DNA of 63,776 nucleotides, filler included, from Chiloscyllium plagiosum (GCF_004010195.1; 4 parts of one record of this genome joined end to end with filler, not necessarily neighbours in it); one strand, 5' to 3'. Positions 11,600 to 25,769 are shown, counted from the first letter of the whole stretch. Made by a program: numbers and translations. The notes: generated by a model not told the origin, from the sequence alone.

Positions 11600-14500
11600 A
11601 AAAGGGCAGGCAATGCAGAACTGAGGGTGTTGTACTTAAATGCAATAAGTATATGATAAAAGGTAATTAAGTTTGTAATGCAGATTCAAATCGGTAGGTC
11701 CGATGTTGCTGAAAGGGGATCTGTAAAGGAAAACATGATGGAAATTGAGTACAAGACTCCTAGAGAAATCAGGATGTGAGTAAGTAAATAAATCTGGAAT
11801 AGAAAAAGCATGTAAGAACATCATTTCCATAATCATGGGGTCTTGGTGTGCAGTGTGACTGAAAATCAGGTTGGTAGTGGATCTCAAGAAAATAAATTTT
11901 TGAAATGCCTACGAAATGGATTTTGAAGTAGCTTGTGGTACACTCCACTAGGGAACGTATTCTGGATTTGGTGGTGTGTGAAGTGGCTGACTTGATTAGG
12001 GAGCTTAAGGTGAAGGAACCCCTAGAGGGCAGAGACCATATGAGTTCACCCTGCAATTTGAAAAGGACAAGCTGGAATCAGCTATAACATCATTACAACT
12101 GAGCAAAGATAACTACAAAGATGTAAGGGAGGAGCTGTCCTGGGTTGATTGGATGGGGAGCTGAAGAGGGAAGACAGTGAAGCAGCATTGGCAAGAGTGT
12201 CTGAGGGTTATTTGAACAAATTGCACAACAGGAATTCATCCGAAGCAAGCAGAATCATACAAAGTGGAGCATGAGGTAACCATGGGTGACAAGGGAAGTC
12301 AGAAACAGCATAAAAACAAAAGAAAGCATACAATGTGGTGAAGATTAATGGGAAGCCTTTAAAAACCAGCAAAGAATTAAAAAAAAAGAAATAAGGTTGG
12401 AGAAGATGAAAGTTGAGAGCCAGCTAGTAATATAAAAGAGTTTTTTAGATATATAAAAGGTGGGAGAGGCAAGAGCAGACATTGGAATGCTGGAAAATTA
12501 GGCAGGAGAACAAGTAATGAGGAACATAGAAATGAACGAGAAATTGAATGAGTATTTTGCATCAGTTTTCACAATGGAAGATACCAGCAGCATACCAGAA
12601 CTTGAAGAGAGACAGAGGTGAGTGTAGTGGTCATCAATAAGGAGATTTTGGCGATGCTGAAAGGTCTGAAAGTAGATAATATGGATCATATGGAATACTC
12701 TCTACCCCCATCCCCAACCCTCCAAAGAGTTCTGAAGCTCAAGGCTGAGAAGATTTAGAGATGTTGGTGATGATCTTGCAGGAATGACTGGAATCAGAGA
12801 GGGTCCCAGTGGATTGGAACACGGCTAATGTAACACTCCTATTTAAGAATGGAGGGAGACAGAAGGGAAACTCGGCCGGTTAGCCTGATCTTGGTAACTG
12901 GTAATATTTTCAAATTCATTATTATGGATGAGACTGCAGAGTGCTTGGAAGTCCTTGGTAAAATAGATCTGAGTCAGTGTGGCTTCATCAATGAAGGTCA
13001 TGCCTGACAAATCTGCCAGAATTCTCTGAGGCGGTATCGAGTCAGTTACAGAACTGAGAGTCAGTGGACGTAATTTATTCATATTTTTAAAGACCTTTGA
13101 CGATGCTGCACAGGAGACTGCTAAACAAGATAAGAGTCCAAGATTTTAGGGGCAAGATAATGGCATGGATACAGGATTGGCTGACTGGCAGAAGTCAGGG
13201 AGTAGGGATAAAGGTGGCTTTTTCAGGATGGCAGTTGGTGACTAGTTTTGCAGGAGTCCATGTCATGAGCGCATCTCTTCAGATTATATATTTACAATCT
13301 GGACAAATGAACTGAGGGCATTGTTGCTATGTTTGCAGATGACAAAAGAAAGTTGGAGGGGCAGGTAATGCTGAGGAAACTGGGGGTACTACAAAAAGAT
13401 TTGGACAGGCTAGGGGAATGAGGGGCAAAGATGTGGCAGATGGAATACACTGTGGGAAAGTGTGAGGTTATGCACTTTGATAGAAAGAATAGAGACACAG
13501 ACTGTTTTCTGAACGGGGAAAGACTTCGGAAATATGAAGCACAAAGGGACTTGGGAGTCCGAGTTCAAGATTCTCTTCAAGGTTAGTATGCAGATTCAGG
13601 TGGCAGGAAGGCACAAGCAGTTTCACATTCATTTCAAGTGGGTTGGAAGACAAGAGAAAGAATGTACAGCTATGGCTGTACAAGGTTCTGGTCAGACCGT
13701 GTTTGGAATTTGGAACACCTTTGTGCCCCAAATCTAAATAAGATGTGCTGGCATTGGAGGGAGTTCAGAGGAAGTTTACAAGAATGATCCCAGAGATGAA
13801 GGGCTTGTCACATGAGGAGCATTTGAGGACTCTCAGTCTGTACTTGATGGAGTTTAGAAGAATGAGGGGGAAATTTAATTGAAACTTACAGATTACTGAG
13901 TGGCTTTGATAGAGTGGATGTACACTGTATATCTCTGGCATAAGAGTAAAACAGGGAAGGTGGTACAATGATGGCTAACAAGAGAATTAAGGGATGGTGT
14001 AAAAGCCAAAGAGAAGGTATATAAATTGGCCAGAAAATCTGAGGACTGGAAGAAATTTAAAATTCAGCATAGGAGGACATCTGGTTTCATTTGGAAGGGG
14101 AAAATCGAATATGAGAGTGAGCTTATAGAAAATATAAAAACTAACTGCAAAAGCTTCTGTAAAAAGAAAATGACTGATGAAGACAAATGTAGATCCCTTA
14201 CAGAGGTTAGAATCAGGTGAATTCATAAAAACAACAAAGAGTTGGCAGACTAGTTGAATTACTTCGGATCTGTCTTCACTAAGGAGGATATAGGGGGAAT
14301 GCTCGGGGACAGAGGGTCAAACATGTAGGAGGAACTGAAGGAAATCCTTATTAGTTAAGAAATGGTTTTGGGGATTTTGATGGCATTAAAACCTGAGAAA
14401 TCCCCAGGGCTTGATGCCTTGCATCCCACAGTAATTGAGGAAGTGGACTTGGAAATAGCAGACACATTGATCAATTTCCAGCATTCTGTAGACTCTGGAA

Positions 14501-16230
14501 GACTTCTAATGGACTGGAGGTAGCTAATGTAATTCCACTTTTTAAAAGAGAGAGAAGATGGGGAATTATAGGCCAGTTAGCCTGACATCAGTGGTGAAAA
14601 TACTGGAGTCAATTATAATGAATGTAATAACTGAGCATTTAGAAAGCAGTGATAGGATCGGTCCAAGTCAGCATGGATTCACTACAGGAAAATCATGCTT
14701 GACAAAGCTACTGCAACGTTTTGATGATGTGACCAGAGAGTGGACAAGGGTGAATTAGGGGATGTTGTATATCTGGAGTTTCAAAAGGCTTTTGACAAGG
14801 TCACATACAAATTGAAAGCTCATGGTATCGGAGGTATTGTATTAACACAGATAGAGATTTGGTTGGCAGATAGGAAGCAGGGAGTTGGAATAAATAGGTC
14901 CCTTTCAGAGCAATAGGCAGGGATGAGTAGGATTCAGTGTTCACAACATGCTTCCCACATCTAGCCTGTCCAGTCTCATCAGGATTTTATATGTTTCCAA
15001 ATCTGCAGATGACACTAAGCTGGGTGACAGTGTGTTCTGTGAGGAGGAGTAACTTGGATAGGCTGAGTGAGTGGGCAAATGCTTGGTAAAGGCAATATAA
15101 TGTGGATAAATGTGAGGTTATAAGTTTTGGTGGCAAAAATAGGAAGGCAGAATATTACCAGAATGGTGCCAGTTTAGAGAAAGGTGAGGTGCAATGAGAC
15201 CTGACTGTCATGGTGGAACAGTCACTGAAGGTTGGCATGCAGGTGTAGCAGGCAGTGAGGATAGCTAATGGCATGCTAGCCTTCACAGTGGGAGGATTTC
15301 AGTATAGGAGTAGGAATGTCTTGCTGCAGTTTACGTCGCCTTGATGAGGCCACAAACCTTGAGTATTGTGTGCAGTTTTGGTCTCCTAGTCTGAGGAAGG
15401 ACATTCTTGCTATTGAGGGAGTCCTACTATCGTTCACCAAACTGTTTCCCCAGGATGGCATAATTGACATTTGAAGAAAGACTGCATTGACTGGGCTTGT
15501 ACTCACTGGAATGTAGAAGGATGAGGGGGACATCTTATAGAAACATATAAAATCCTGATGAGACTGGACAGGCTAGATGTGGGAAGCATGTTCCCGCTGT
15601 TGGAGAAGTTCTGAACTAGGGGTCACAGTCTAAGAATAAGGGGTAAGCCGTTCAGGACTGAGATGAGAAAGAGTTTCTTCACTCACAGAGTTGTGAACCT
15701 GTGAAATTCACTACTACAGTGTTGTTGTGGTCAGTTCATTAGATATATTCAAGCGGGAGTTGGACATGGCCCTCACAGCTAAAGGGATCAAGGGGTATGG
15801 AGAGAAAGTGGGACTGGGACAGTGAGATTGCATAATCATCCATTATCATATTGAATGGTGGTGCAGGCTGAAAGGGTTAAATGGGCTACTTCTGCACTTA
15901 TTTTCTAAATTTCTATGGTTTCAATAATAGGAGAGATGAGAAATCGAAGGGACCACTTCAGAGTGAAGGTATATGCCTTTAGAGCTGAGATGAGGAGGAA
16001 TTTCTTCAGCCAGGATGGTTAATCTGTGGAATTTGTTACAGCAGAAGGCTGTGGAGGCTAAGTCAATGAGTTTATTTAACACTGAGATAGATAAGTTCTT
16101 GTTTGATAAAGGAATCAGGGTTACAGAGAGAAGGCAGGAGAATGGAGTTGAGAAGCATATCAGCCATGATCAAATGGCAAAACAGATCTGATGGGCCAAA
16201 TAGCCTAACTCTGCTCCTGTATCTTATGGT
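11600..16230 (+). mobile_element. Decayed CR1 LINE with a second CR1 copy nested at ~13968-15918
   Basis: The outer ORF2 remnant breaks near its end at ~13960 and resumes at ~15925. The inner copy restarts mid-ORF2 (GNYRPVSLTSVV, QHGF...KSCLT) and has its own 3' tail near 15900-15918. Confidence 0.75.
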
Positions 16231-16383
16231 CTCTTACGGTCAATTAAAAACAACATGCTTTGAAATTTGAAACTATTCAAGGTACTAAGATCTGCTTGCG
16301 CAAAAAAAAACTATACATTTTTATCGTCTGTGAAACTGATTTTCTAAACACCGTATCTACAGGACGTGATCATATAATGTATT

Positions 16384-16822
16384 TAGAGTCATAGAATCAT
16401 AGAGATGTACAGCATGGAAACAGACCCTTCGGTCCAACCTGTCCACGCCGACCAGGTATCCCATCCCAATCTAGTCCCACCTGCCAGCACCTGGCCCATA
16501 TCCCTCCAAAACCTTCCTATTCATATACACATCCAAATGCCTCTAAAATGTTGCAATTGTACCAGCCTCCACCACATCCTCTGGCAGCTCATTCCATACA
16601 CGTACCACCCTCTGCGAGAAAAAATTGCCCCTTAGGTCTCTTTTATATCTTTCCCTCTCTCACCCTAAACCTATGCCCTCTAGTTCTGGACTCCCCAATC
16701 CCAGGGAAAAGACTTTGTCTATTTATCCTATCCATGCACCTCATAATTTTGTAAACCTCTATAAGGTCACCCCTCAGCCTCCGACGCTCCAGGGAAAACA
16801 TCCTCAGCCTGTTCAGCCTCTC
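16384..16822 (-). mobile_element. HER1/CR1 LINE 3' end
   Basis: Near reverse complement of 48310-48750; tail reads TAGAGTCATAGAATCATAGAG on the + strand. Confidence 0.85.
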
Positions 16823-16922
16823 NNNNNNNNNNNNNNNNNNNNNNNNNNNNNNNNNNNNNNNNNNNNTTAATTAATTAANNNNNNNNNNNNNNNNNNNNNN
16901 NNNNNNNNNNNNNNNNNNNNNN
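16823..16922. other. Artificial contig-joining spacer
   Basis: N44-TTAATTAATTAA-N44; the 12-mer gives stops in all six frames; identical at 48070 and 58616. Confidence 0.97.
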
Positions 16923-16984
16923 GGCTAATGTTCAAAAACATTTCTGGTGGCCTGGATGCACAAAGATGGGGTTAACTTTCACTG

Positions 16985-17375
16985 TACATGGATGTGGAAA
17001 GCTCCTTTGGGGCCTTGGATGGAGGTGAGGGAGGAGGTGTGGGCGCTGGTTTTACAGTTCCTGCGGTGGCAGGGGAAGGTGCCAGGATGGGAGGGTGGGT
17101 CGTAGGGGGGCGTGGACCTGACCAGGTAGTTACGGAGGGAACGGTCTTTGCGGAAGGCGGAAAGGGGTGGGGAGGGAAATATATCCCTGGTGGTGGGGTC
17201 TGTTTGGAGGTGGCAGAAATGTTGGCGGATTATTTGGTTTATGCGAAGGTTGGTAGTGTGGAGCACCAGGGGCGTTCTGCCCTTGTTGCGGTTGGAGGGG
17301 TTGGGTCTGAGGGCGGAGGTGCGGGATGTGGACGAGATGCGTTGGAGGGCATCTTTAACCACGTGGGAAGGGAAA
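16985..17375 (-). mobile_element. Penelope-like element ORF fragment
   Basis: Minus-strand PLVL-HTTNLRINQIIRQHF...FPSPPLSAFRKDRSLRNYLVRS...GTFPCHRRNCKT (linker/Cys region before GIY-YIG). Confidence 0.85.
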
Positions 17376-17377
17376 TC

Positions 17378-18830
17378 GGATGCTGCCTGAACTGCTGTGC
17401 TCTTCCAGCACCACTGATCCAGAATCTGGTTTCCAGCATCTGCAGTCATTGTTTTTACCCACATGGATTCTGCCAGGACCTTGAAAACTTCATTAATTTT
17501 GCCTCGAATTTCCACCCCTCTATAACTTTCACATCGTCCACTTCTGACGCATTCCTTCCTTTTCTTGACCCCTCTGTGTCCATTCTCGGGAATAATCTGT
17601 CCACTGCCATCCACTACAAAGCCTCTGACTCCCATAGCTACCTTCACTACAACTCTTCCCACCCACATCCTGCAAGGATTCTATCCCACTCTCCCAGTTC
17701 CTTCGCCTGTGTCGCATCAGTTCGGATGATGCCACCTTCCAAAACAGAGCTGCTGACATGGCTTGCTTCATCCATAACCATAGTTTCCCGCACACTGTGG
17801 TTGACGTGGCCCTCAACCGCATCCAATCTATCACATGTGCTTCCACCCTTTCCCCTTCCCATCACTCTCAACACCGTGATCAGGTCCCTCTTGTCCTCAC
17901 TTTTCATCACACCAGCCTCTGCATTCAAAGGATCATTCTCCACCATTTCAGCCAACTCCAGTAGAATGACACCACTAAACACATCCTCCCCTCACTCCCC
18001 CTGTCTGCATTTTACAGGAATCATTCCCTCCTGGACACCCAAGTCCATTCCACAATCACCAACATCATTCCCCTTCTCCACTTCACCTTCCCATGTAGCC
18101 GCATAAGATGAAACTCCTGCCCCTTCACCTCCTCCCTGCTCACCATCCAAGTGCCTCAACAGCCTTTCCAGGTGAAGCAGCACTCCAATCTTGTGCATTG
18201 TATTCACTGCACCCTATGTGGCCTACTCTGCATTGGAGAAACCAAACACCGACTGGGTGACCGCTCAGCAAAACATCTCCAGTCTGTACACAAGCATGAC
18301 AAAGGCCTTCCCATAACTGGTAATTTTAGTACAGCATCATGCTCGCTTGTCCACATGTGTGTCCACGGCATTCTGTAGTGTTCCAGTGAAACACAGCGCA
18401 AACTGAAGGAACGACATCTCATCTTCAGACTAGGCACTTTACTACCTTCACTTTTATTTTTGAGTCCAACATCTTCAGATTGTGAACCATTTCTTCCTTT
18501 TCTTTTAGCTTGTTAGCATGTCTGCCCCACCCCCCAGCCCAGTTACTGTCCTTGCCAGTCTGGTAGGAGACACACAATTGTTCTGTATTTCTCTCATTCC
18601 AGCCAGTTAATCTGAAATGATCAACATCATTTCTCCACTAGCACCCTACATCTCCTCTATCGTCACACCACTCTTCCCATCCCTGCCTCAAACTGTAGCA
18701 TAAATGTTATCCCTTCCACACTTCCCTTCAGCTCTGATAAAAAAAATCTAGACTCTAAGCATTAACTTGCTCTCTGTCCATGAATGCCGTCTGACCCACT
18801 GTGATCTCCAGCAATTGTTGCTTTCAGTAA
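17378..18830 (+). mobile_element. Penelope-like element: terminal tail copy, then decayed RT-end, GIY-YIG and 3' region
   Basis: Tail copy 17378-17460; FLPFLD...HYKASDSHSYLHYNSSHP; VHCIHCTLCGLLCIGETKHRLGDR; degenerate terminus ~18730-18830. Confidence 0.8.
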
Positions 18831-19874
18831 AGAGAAAACAATATGTTTATATTGTATTTGAAGAAAGAGCTAATTGGCAAATGGACTCTCTAACCGAGGT
18901 ATTGCCATGGAAAATGCTTCAGTTAGATTGCCAAGTTTGGTTTGAATTCAAATAGATGACTTATCTTTAATTGGTCAATGCATTACCTGGTGAAATGAAT
19001 CAGGGAATGGCTAATCCCTGTTTTGATGAGTTGAAATATATTCACAATGTGTGACCTTGTTCCTTCTCTCTGCAAAGGAGAGGACTGTGTGAATTAATAT
19101 ATACAGCTTCCACTACAAGCAAGTGCATCAAACTATGAGCCTGATTGAAGGTTTTAAATTGGGTGTGCTAAGAATAATGTTTACTATGTAGACAGAGGGG
19201 AGAAAAGACAAGCACACATTGGTTTGTTCCTGCTCCACAAAACAGGGGACAGCCAATCTCTGATTATTTTTTTCAACTATAATTCACAGCATGTGGGCAT
19301 CATAGGCTGGCACTGCATTCATTGCCAACTCCCAGTTGCCATTAAGGAATGGTGAACTGCTTTCTTGAACTGCTAGTGTCCATTTTGTGCAAGTCTGCTC
19401 TGTTAGACTGGGAGTTTAAGGATGTTGACCAAGTAACACTAAGCAAACGGTGATATATTTCTAACTCAGAATGGTAAGTGGCTTGAAGGGGAACTTGCAG
19501 GTGGTGTTCCCATGTATCTGCTGTCCTTGTCATAGAATAGAATAGAATCATAGAATCCCTACATTGTGGAAAGAGACTATTCAGCCCATCAAGTTCATTT
19601 CAATCCTCTGAAGAGCATCCCACCCAGACCCAAACACCTCTACCCTTGGCTAACCTACCTAGTCTGCACTAACCTGGACACACTTTCTAATTTCAAACCT
19701 TGCTTTTGTGTATCTCCTGTGCAGTCATAACCTTGTAGGCCCAGCTGTGTCTAAGCACCCTATGATCAATATGTCTCTGTTTTTTATGATCTGCCTGTAC
19801 TGCTCTCAAAACAGAACTTTTCACTGTGCTTGGGTACAAGTGACAACAACAAATCAAATCAAAAAGGTGCTGTG

Positions 19875-20052
19875 GAGCATTTTAGCATAGTCAATCCATT
19901 AAGCTGCACGTCTTTGGACTGTGGGAGGAAACTGGAGCACCTGGAAGAATTCCATGCAGACACTGGATTCCACGTAGCTGCCCAAGCATGAACTGAACCC
20001 TGATTTCTGGCGCTATGAGGCAGCAGTGCTAACCGCTGAGCCACTGTGCCAC
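19875..20052 (-). mobile_element. HE1-type SINE, degenerate
   Basis: Reverse complement of the GGCACAGTGGCTCAGCGGTTAGCACTGCTGCCTC head and part of the V-domain. Confidence 0.75.
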
Positions 20053-22847
20053 CTTCTTTTAGATGGTGGACGTGGGTTTGGTAAATTTCTGGAGTACACC
20101 TTTTAGATAATACATATTACAGTTGGTGCTTACTAGCAGCAAAGGGTATGGATAAGACCATTTCAAAAAAGGAACTGGTGTGGACTATTTGGCTCCTTGA
20201 GCTGCTCCACCATTAAATAGGATCAAATCTGACGACATTTTTCATATCCACTTCCTGCATTTTCCCTGTAACCCTTAATTCCTCCACTGATCAAAAATCT
20301 AACTACCAAAGCCTTAAGTATACACAGGGACTCCACCCTAAAGGCTCACTGTGGCAAGGAGTTCCAAAGAGAGAGAATCCTCTGAGAAGAAAGTTTTCCT
20401 CATTTCAGTTTTAAATTGGCACTCCTTCTGAGACTATATTCTGTGGTCCTAGACTCACCCATGAGGGGAATCATCCTCTCAGCATTTACCCTGTCAAGCC
20501 CCTTGAAAATCCTATCTGTTTCAATGAGATCACCTCGCATCGTTCTGAACTCCCAGTGAGTGGAGTGATAGAGTTTAGATGTTTGTGGAGATAGTGCCAG
20601 TTAAATGGGCTGCATTGACCTGGATAGTATAAGTTTCTTTCGTGTTGTTGGAGCTACTGTAATCCAGGCAAGTGGGGAATGTTCCATCACACTCCTGACT
20701 TGTGCCTTATTGATGTGGGCAGGCCTTTGTAAGCCATGAAATGAATTCTTACTGCAGGATTCAGTCTCTGAACATCTTTTCTAACCATAGTGTATATAGC
20801 TAGTCCAGTCCAATATCTGGTCAATGATTAACCAATGATGAGGGGGGATGCAGAAATGGCAAATCCATTGAATTTCAAGAAATGATGATTAGATATTCTC
20901 TTTTTGGATACACTCATTGTTTGGCACTGGTGTTGTGCAAATGTTACTACTTGTTAGCTCAAGCTTGAATATTTGTACATGACCTCTTTTAGCATGAGTT
21001 GTGAACTGAATTTTGTCTAATCAGCAGCAAATTTCCCTACTTAATGATGGAGGGAAGGTTAACGATGAAGCAGCTGAATATTGTTGGGGCTATGATACTA
21101 CTCTAAGGAACTGCTCCAGTGAGGTACTGGAGTTGAGATGACTGACTTCCAACAACTGCAACCATATTCCTTCATGTAGGTTAAATGCCTTTTACCAATC
21201 AGAACCAATATGCCAGGTTTAAATTTGAGCAAAGTTTGGTAGTTAACTGTAGTCATCATCTAAGTAGTGTATCCTCCATAGAAAGACCTCTGCCAATAGT
21301 CCTCTTGCCATTAATCAAAACACTCTTCTCCTAGAATATAAAACACACTGGTATCTTTTCATAAGAAATATCAATGAATTATCATGATGTATACAAGATA
21401 AAAAATTTCAACAAAATTTCTTTATTCAACAGTACTTACATTCTATTCTACCAATCAATTATTAGTTACTTCAAACCACTTTCTGTGAAATTGCATAAAA
21501 TGCTAACAAGAAAAGGTTTTCCATGTGAGTAGTTTTAGTCTTCCTTATTTGTAGCTCATCAGCAAGGATGTTGCCTTTTATCGTTTATTATCTCTGCATG
21601 GGGATCCATTCAGTCATATTGGATCGTTTAAGATACAGACTGGTGTCAATAGCATGAGCTCAATTCCTACACTGGTTCAGGTTAAATCTCAACCAGTTGT
21701 CTCTGTGTAATGAGAGAGCAACTGCTTTGTGGTGACTTTAGTTTATTAATGAGCTGTTTGAGCATTTAAAAAAAAATGAAAACATCCATAGTGGAATAAT
21801 AAATAAAGTAAATCCACAAGTATTGTATTTAAATTTACCCTGCTTTGGCATGCCCACTATATTCATCATGTGCTGATAATTATATCATATTACTTTTCCT
21901 AAAGGATTCTGCTAGTTTGCCAGCAATCAACACACTAAACTTGTGGGATTTTATTGTCAGCAGGTAGAACTGTTTTATTTGCCTGAAATATTCTTTTATC
22001 AATTTTCTTTATCGGGCAGTTTTCCTAGTTCTCTGCTACAATCCTATTAAATTGGCAAAGGATAGTGTGTCACAACCCACTTTGGAAAGTGTGCGGATTC
22101 TGAAGCCCCCCACTACTCCCAGCGCCATCACAAAAGTTAAAGGTTTAATCAAAGTGCTCAAAGTTTGCAATTTACCTACCTTATGGACTCAGTTTTATTG
22201 AAAATACTGACCAGCTTTTTGTAATTAACAAGAAACTACTATTCAGGCAAACAAATTGTGAATTATTAACATTGCTGTAGTATGTATTAAGCTGAAACGT
22301 ACTTCCTAAACCTCTACGTACATACGTAGACAGACATAAACAAACAAACAAACACGAGTTTTGTAGATTGCAGAGGTACTGTGCAACACAGTTCAATAGC
22401 ACCAGTGCACAGAATTCAATGAGGTTTCCACTTCGCTTCCTAAAATTTTCTGTTCTTGAGCTTCTTCTTTCCAGATTATTTTTAGTTCTTTGCGGAAAAC
22501 ATCAGGCAGTTGGCATCATTAGGTGGAGGCAACAACTTGGACATTTAGTAAATTTAAGGAGGAGATACAGAGGATGTTTAATTGGTAGTGGGTTGCATAA
22601 TTAGGAGAAGCTGTCAGAAAAATGGAGTTGAGACCAACCGGAGTCAGCCCTGATCACAGTAAATGATGGAACAGTTTAGAGTGGCTGAATTGCCTGATTC
22701 TGCTCCTCGTTCTTTTGTTCTTGCATCAATTGGTGGGAGAGAATATCTAGATATCTTCTGGGTCGAAGAGAAAGAGAGACTTGGCAGTTTGAAGGTTTCA
22801 CTCCCTGTATTGTAAACACACAAGCTACTCACCCGCCCAGGAACCAG

Positions 22848-22975
22848 ATTCCTGATGAAGGGCTTTTGCCCGAAATGTCGATTTTCCTGTTCCTCGGATG
22901 CTGCCTGACCTGTGCTTTTCCAGCACCACTCTAATCTAACCTCTGGTTTCCAGCATCTGCAGTCCTCCCTTTTGC
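22848..22975 (+). mobile_element. Solo Penelope-like terminal fragment starting at a hammerhead core
   Basis: CTGATGA-AGGGC-TTTT-GCCC-GAAATGTC at 22852-22879 plus the conserved tail. Confidence 0.75.
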
Positions 22976-25555
22976 CCAGGAGTCAGAGGCTTGTCACCTT
23001 GCTAACCACTTCTAGCATCTGCAACCGGATTGCATAAACCAATCAGTAATCAAAAAAAAGTAAAAGATGTGGTATTTACAAGTAAAACATCAGAGATTGT
23101 TTTGCTTTGAAATATTGTACATTATTGAACCCTTGGAATACTGTGGATCCAATAATGGAGCACAATGTTTGCATGAGTTGAAAGCATCCAGTTTGCAGTA
23201 TTTTCTTGAATATCATAACTGTGATATATTAATTCCATAATACACATCAAGACTTAAATGTTACACAAAAGCAAATATTTTGAGGCATTCTTATGACAAT
23301 CTCCAACCTGGATGATTTAATTAAGGTAGTGTAAAATATCATGTACTTATTTGAGACAATTCATTTGCTCATGCTGACTGTTCCTTTATTGCCAGTGCTC
23401 TTTTGAGATTTTGTGGGATCAAAAAATGATCAATGCTGAGTATCAACATGAATATTTGCTTTTGGTTTTCTCAGTGAATTACATTCCATTGCAAGCATGC
23501 AAATTTAATTGCACTAGCCCTTTGTTTTCTAATGCTTTAGAATGGTAGAACATACTAAACTGCTCCTAAAATAAATTCTTACTTTGGCCAACATGCTATA
23601 GAGTTTGAAATTCTTTTTCTATCATCCCAAGGAAACTGTATGAATTGGGGATAATTTTATATTGGAAACAACCTTGATTTTTCTGGCTGATCAGGCGATC
23701 TCTTCTTTTGTGGTCCACTCCAGATTTATACTGGAAATGCACATCAGATTAACCTTCTCGTTTTAAATAAAGTTTGTTTGCTTATTTTCTGAACCAATTT
23801 GTCTATTGTTATCACTGAAAGATAGAGGCACCAGTCGTTCATTATTAAATGAGTTTGAATGTTGATAAAATGTATATAAAACTGATTTACATTTCAGTTT
23901 ATATAATTTAAATTCTACAGTAATGTGTTCACTGAATCACTCGATCATAGGTAATGATGTAGAGGAGTCTTGTACTCCGGGCATTAGCAAGAAATGCTGA
24001 TTTGTCTCATGCAAATCCGAAGAGTAATATAAGAAAGTGAAGATTTTCAAAATAAAACAAAGTAAATATGCTAGAAATCAAACACTTAGTGTATTAAAAT
24101 GTGTTTTAGCTTAATTTTAACTGCATAAAATGTAAAACCATGCACAAATGCTGAATGAATTAAATGAAGTATGCAATAGGAGACTATACTATAAAACTGG
24201 TATTGTCTGTGGTTTCTCTGTTTCAATTTTAATTTAAGAAAAACATGTTACTTTTGATTCTTATACTTGTTGCAATTTGTGGGAAGTTAGTGATAATCAT
24301 GGCTACTAATTCAATGCAATGCCTATTATCTGAAAGAACATGACAGTGCAGTATTGCACAGCATGCATTCAAGTTGTATTACAAAATAGCTACTGAATCT
24401 AATTATGGAAGCCTACACATTTATTTTCAAAACAAAACCTTAACTTTGTTGTTTTGTTAGTTCAGATAATGGGCATTTAAAATGATGCTTGTTTGATCTC
24501 AGTGCGGAGTTTTGCATTTGTAATGTATTTTTAAACATCTGTGCTTTCAATTTTGAACAAACTTTATATAAAATGCTGGAATATAAATTGAAGTATTTTA
24601 ATGTTTTATTATATACACATATATGACATTAAAAGATGCTTCAATTCAAGCCTCTCTGTTTGCTGCATAAAATTACTGCTGTAAGAGGTGCAGTCACAAT
24701 AGAAAATGCAAAGGAAGGATTTTGGGTGCTTAAAACCAGGTTTTATTGATTTGTTACAGAAAATTCAATGATATTCATCCAAAATCAAGAATAACTATCA
24801 GCTGTGTTAGATTAGTCTACCAATGCCTTTACTGAATACTGATTTCTGCCTACATTTCTGGTGATAGGTAATGTAGATAACGATAAAATGATTAACCAAT
24901 ATTAAATAGGAAAACATTTGTAAACTAAAGGACTCTATTTTATTTTACAAAGTGTTATCACAGATGTCTAACAATTTTTCAAACTTGCATCATATATTTG
25001 GCTTGCTGTGTGTGGTACAATACAAATTTCTATGAAGATGGCCTATTACAAAATGTAACTTTTAAAGGAAGTTTGTTTTATTTGCTTCTGTTAGCTTGGC
25101 AGTTGAGCACCAAGGTGTTACTATTACTGTTTTGGTTTCAGAGCTTTGACTATTGGTGATATTTGGTGCTGCCATTGTATTAGAAGACCTAATGCTAAGG
25201 GCTGTTTGGATTTTGGATTGCGGTGGCTAATGAAAGACTTGCTTATTCTGTAATCACTGATTTTGCCAGTCTTTACATAATTTTGGGGTTTTCAGTTATG
25301 ATATGCCTGTTTTGCAACACCAATTTTAATTCACATGCTTATTCTGGCATGTCTAAAAGAATAATGGCTCTAAGCCATTTTTGTTGGTTGGTTTGAGATT
25401 TTCAGTTATGTGATGTAATGCATTTAGTGTGAAGCACAACAGGTGTGTTATAAGTGGCTGGCTGTCCAATATGCATTGCAGACCTTAAATTGTAGGTAAG
25501 CTGCATTGCTTAAGTTATTTGTTATGCAATAACTTGTTAAAATGAAATATCCTAG

Positions 25556-25630
25556 CAGAGATCAGGCATTGCCGATGAACAAGCCATAGCCATGGAGAGT
25601 GAAGACCAGGCACTGCTGGATTCCACAGTG
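25556..25630 (+). CDS. KIAA1217: Putative small KIAA1217 exon (phase 0-0)
   Basis: Tandem TAG/CAG acceptor at 25553-25558; open frame (Q)RSGIADEQAIAMESEDQALLDSTV; strong donor GTG|GTAAGT; in phase with the next exon; weak polypyrimidine tract. Confidence 0.55.
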
Positions 25631-25769
25631 GTAAGTAACTTAAAATGGTGATACTTAAGAAATTTTTTATATTATAAATTACTAACCTCTGTTATGTTCC
25701 ATAGTTATTTTGATTGGAAGAAAATGCAAAATATTCTTGAATTTGTAGACTTTCTCTTTGTTTTTTCAG

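Noticed and set aside
16867..16878. TTAATTAATTAA palindrome as a biological motif (also 48114-48125, 58660-58671)
   Set aside because: Always centred in exactly 44+44 Ns; an assembly linker.
16988..18106. 372-aa ORF as a novel gene
   Set aside because: Chance read-through of antisense Penelope sequence, a terminal tail and a frameshifted RT fragment.
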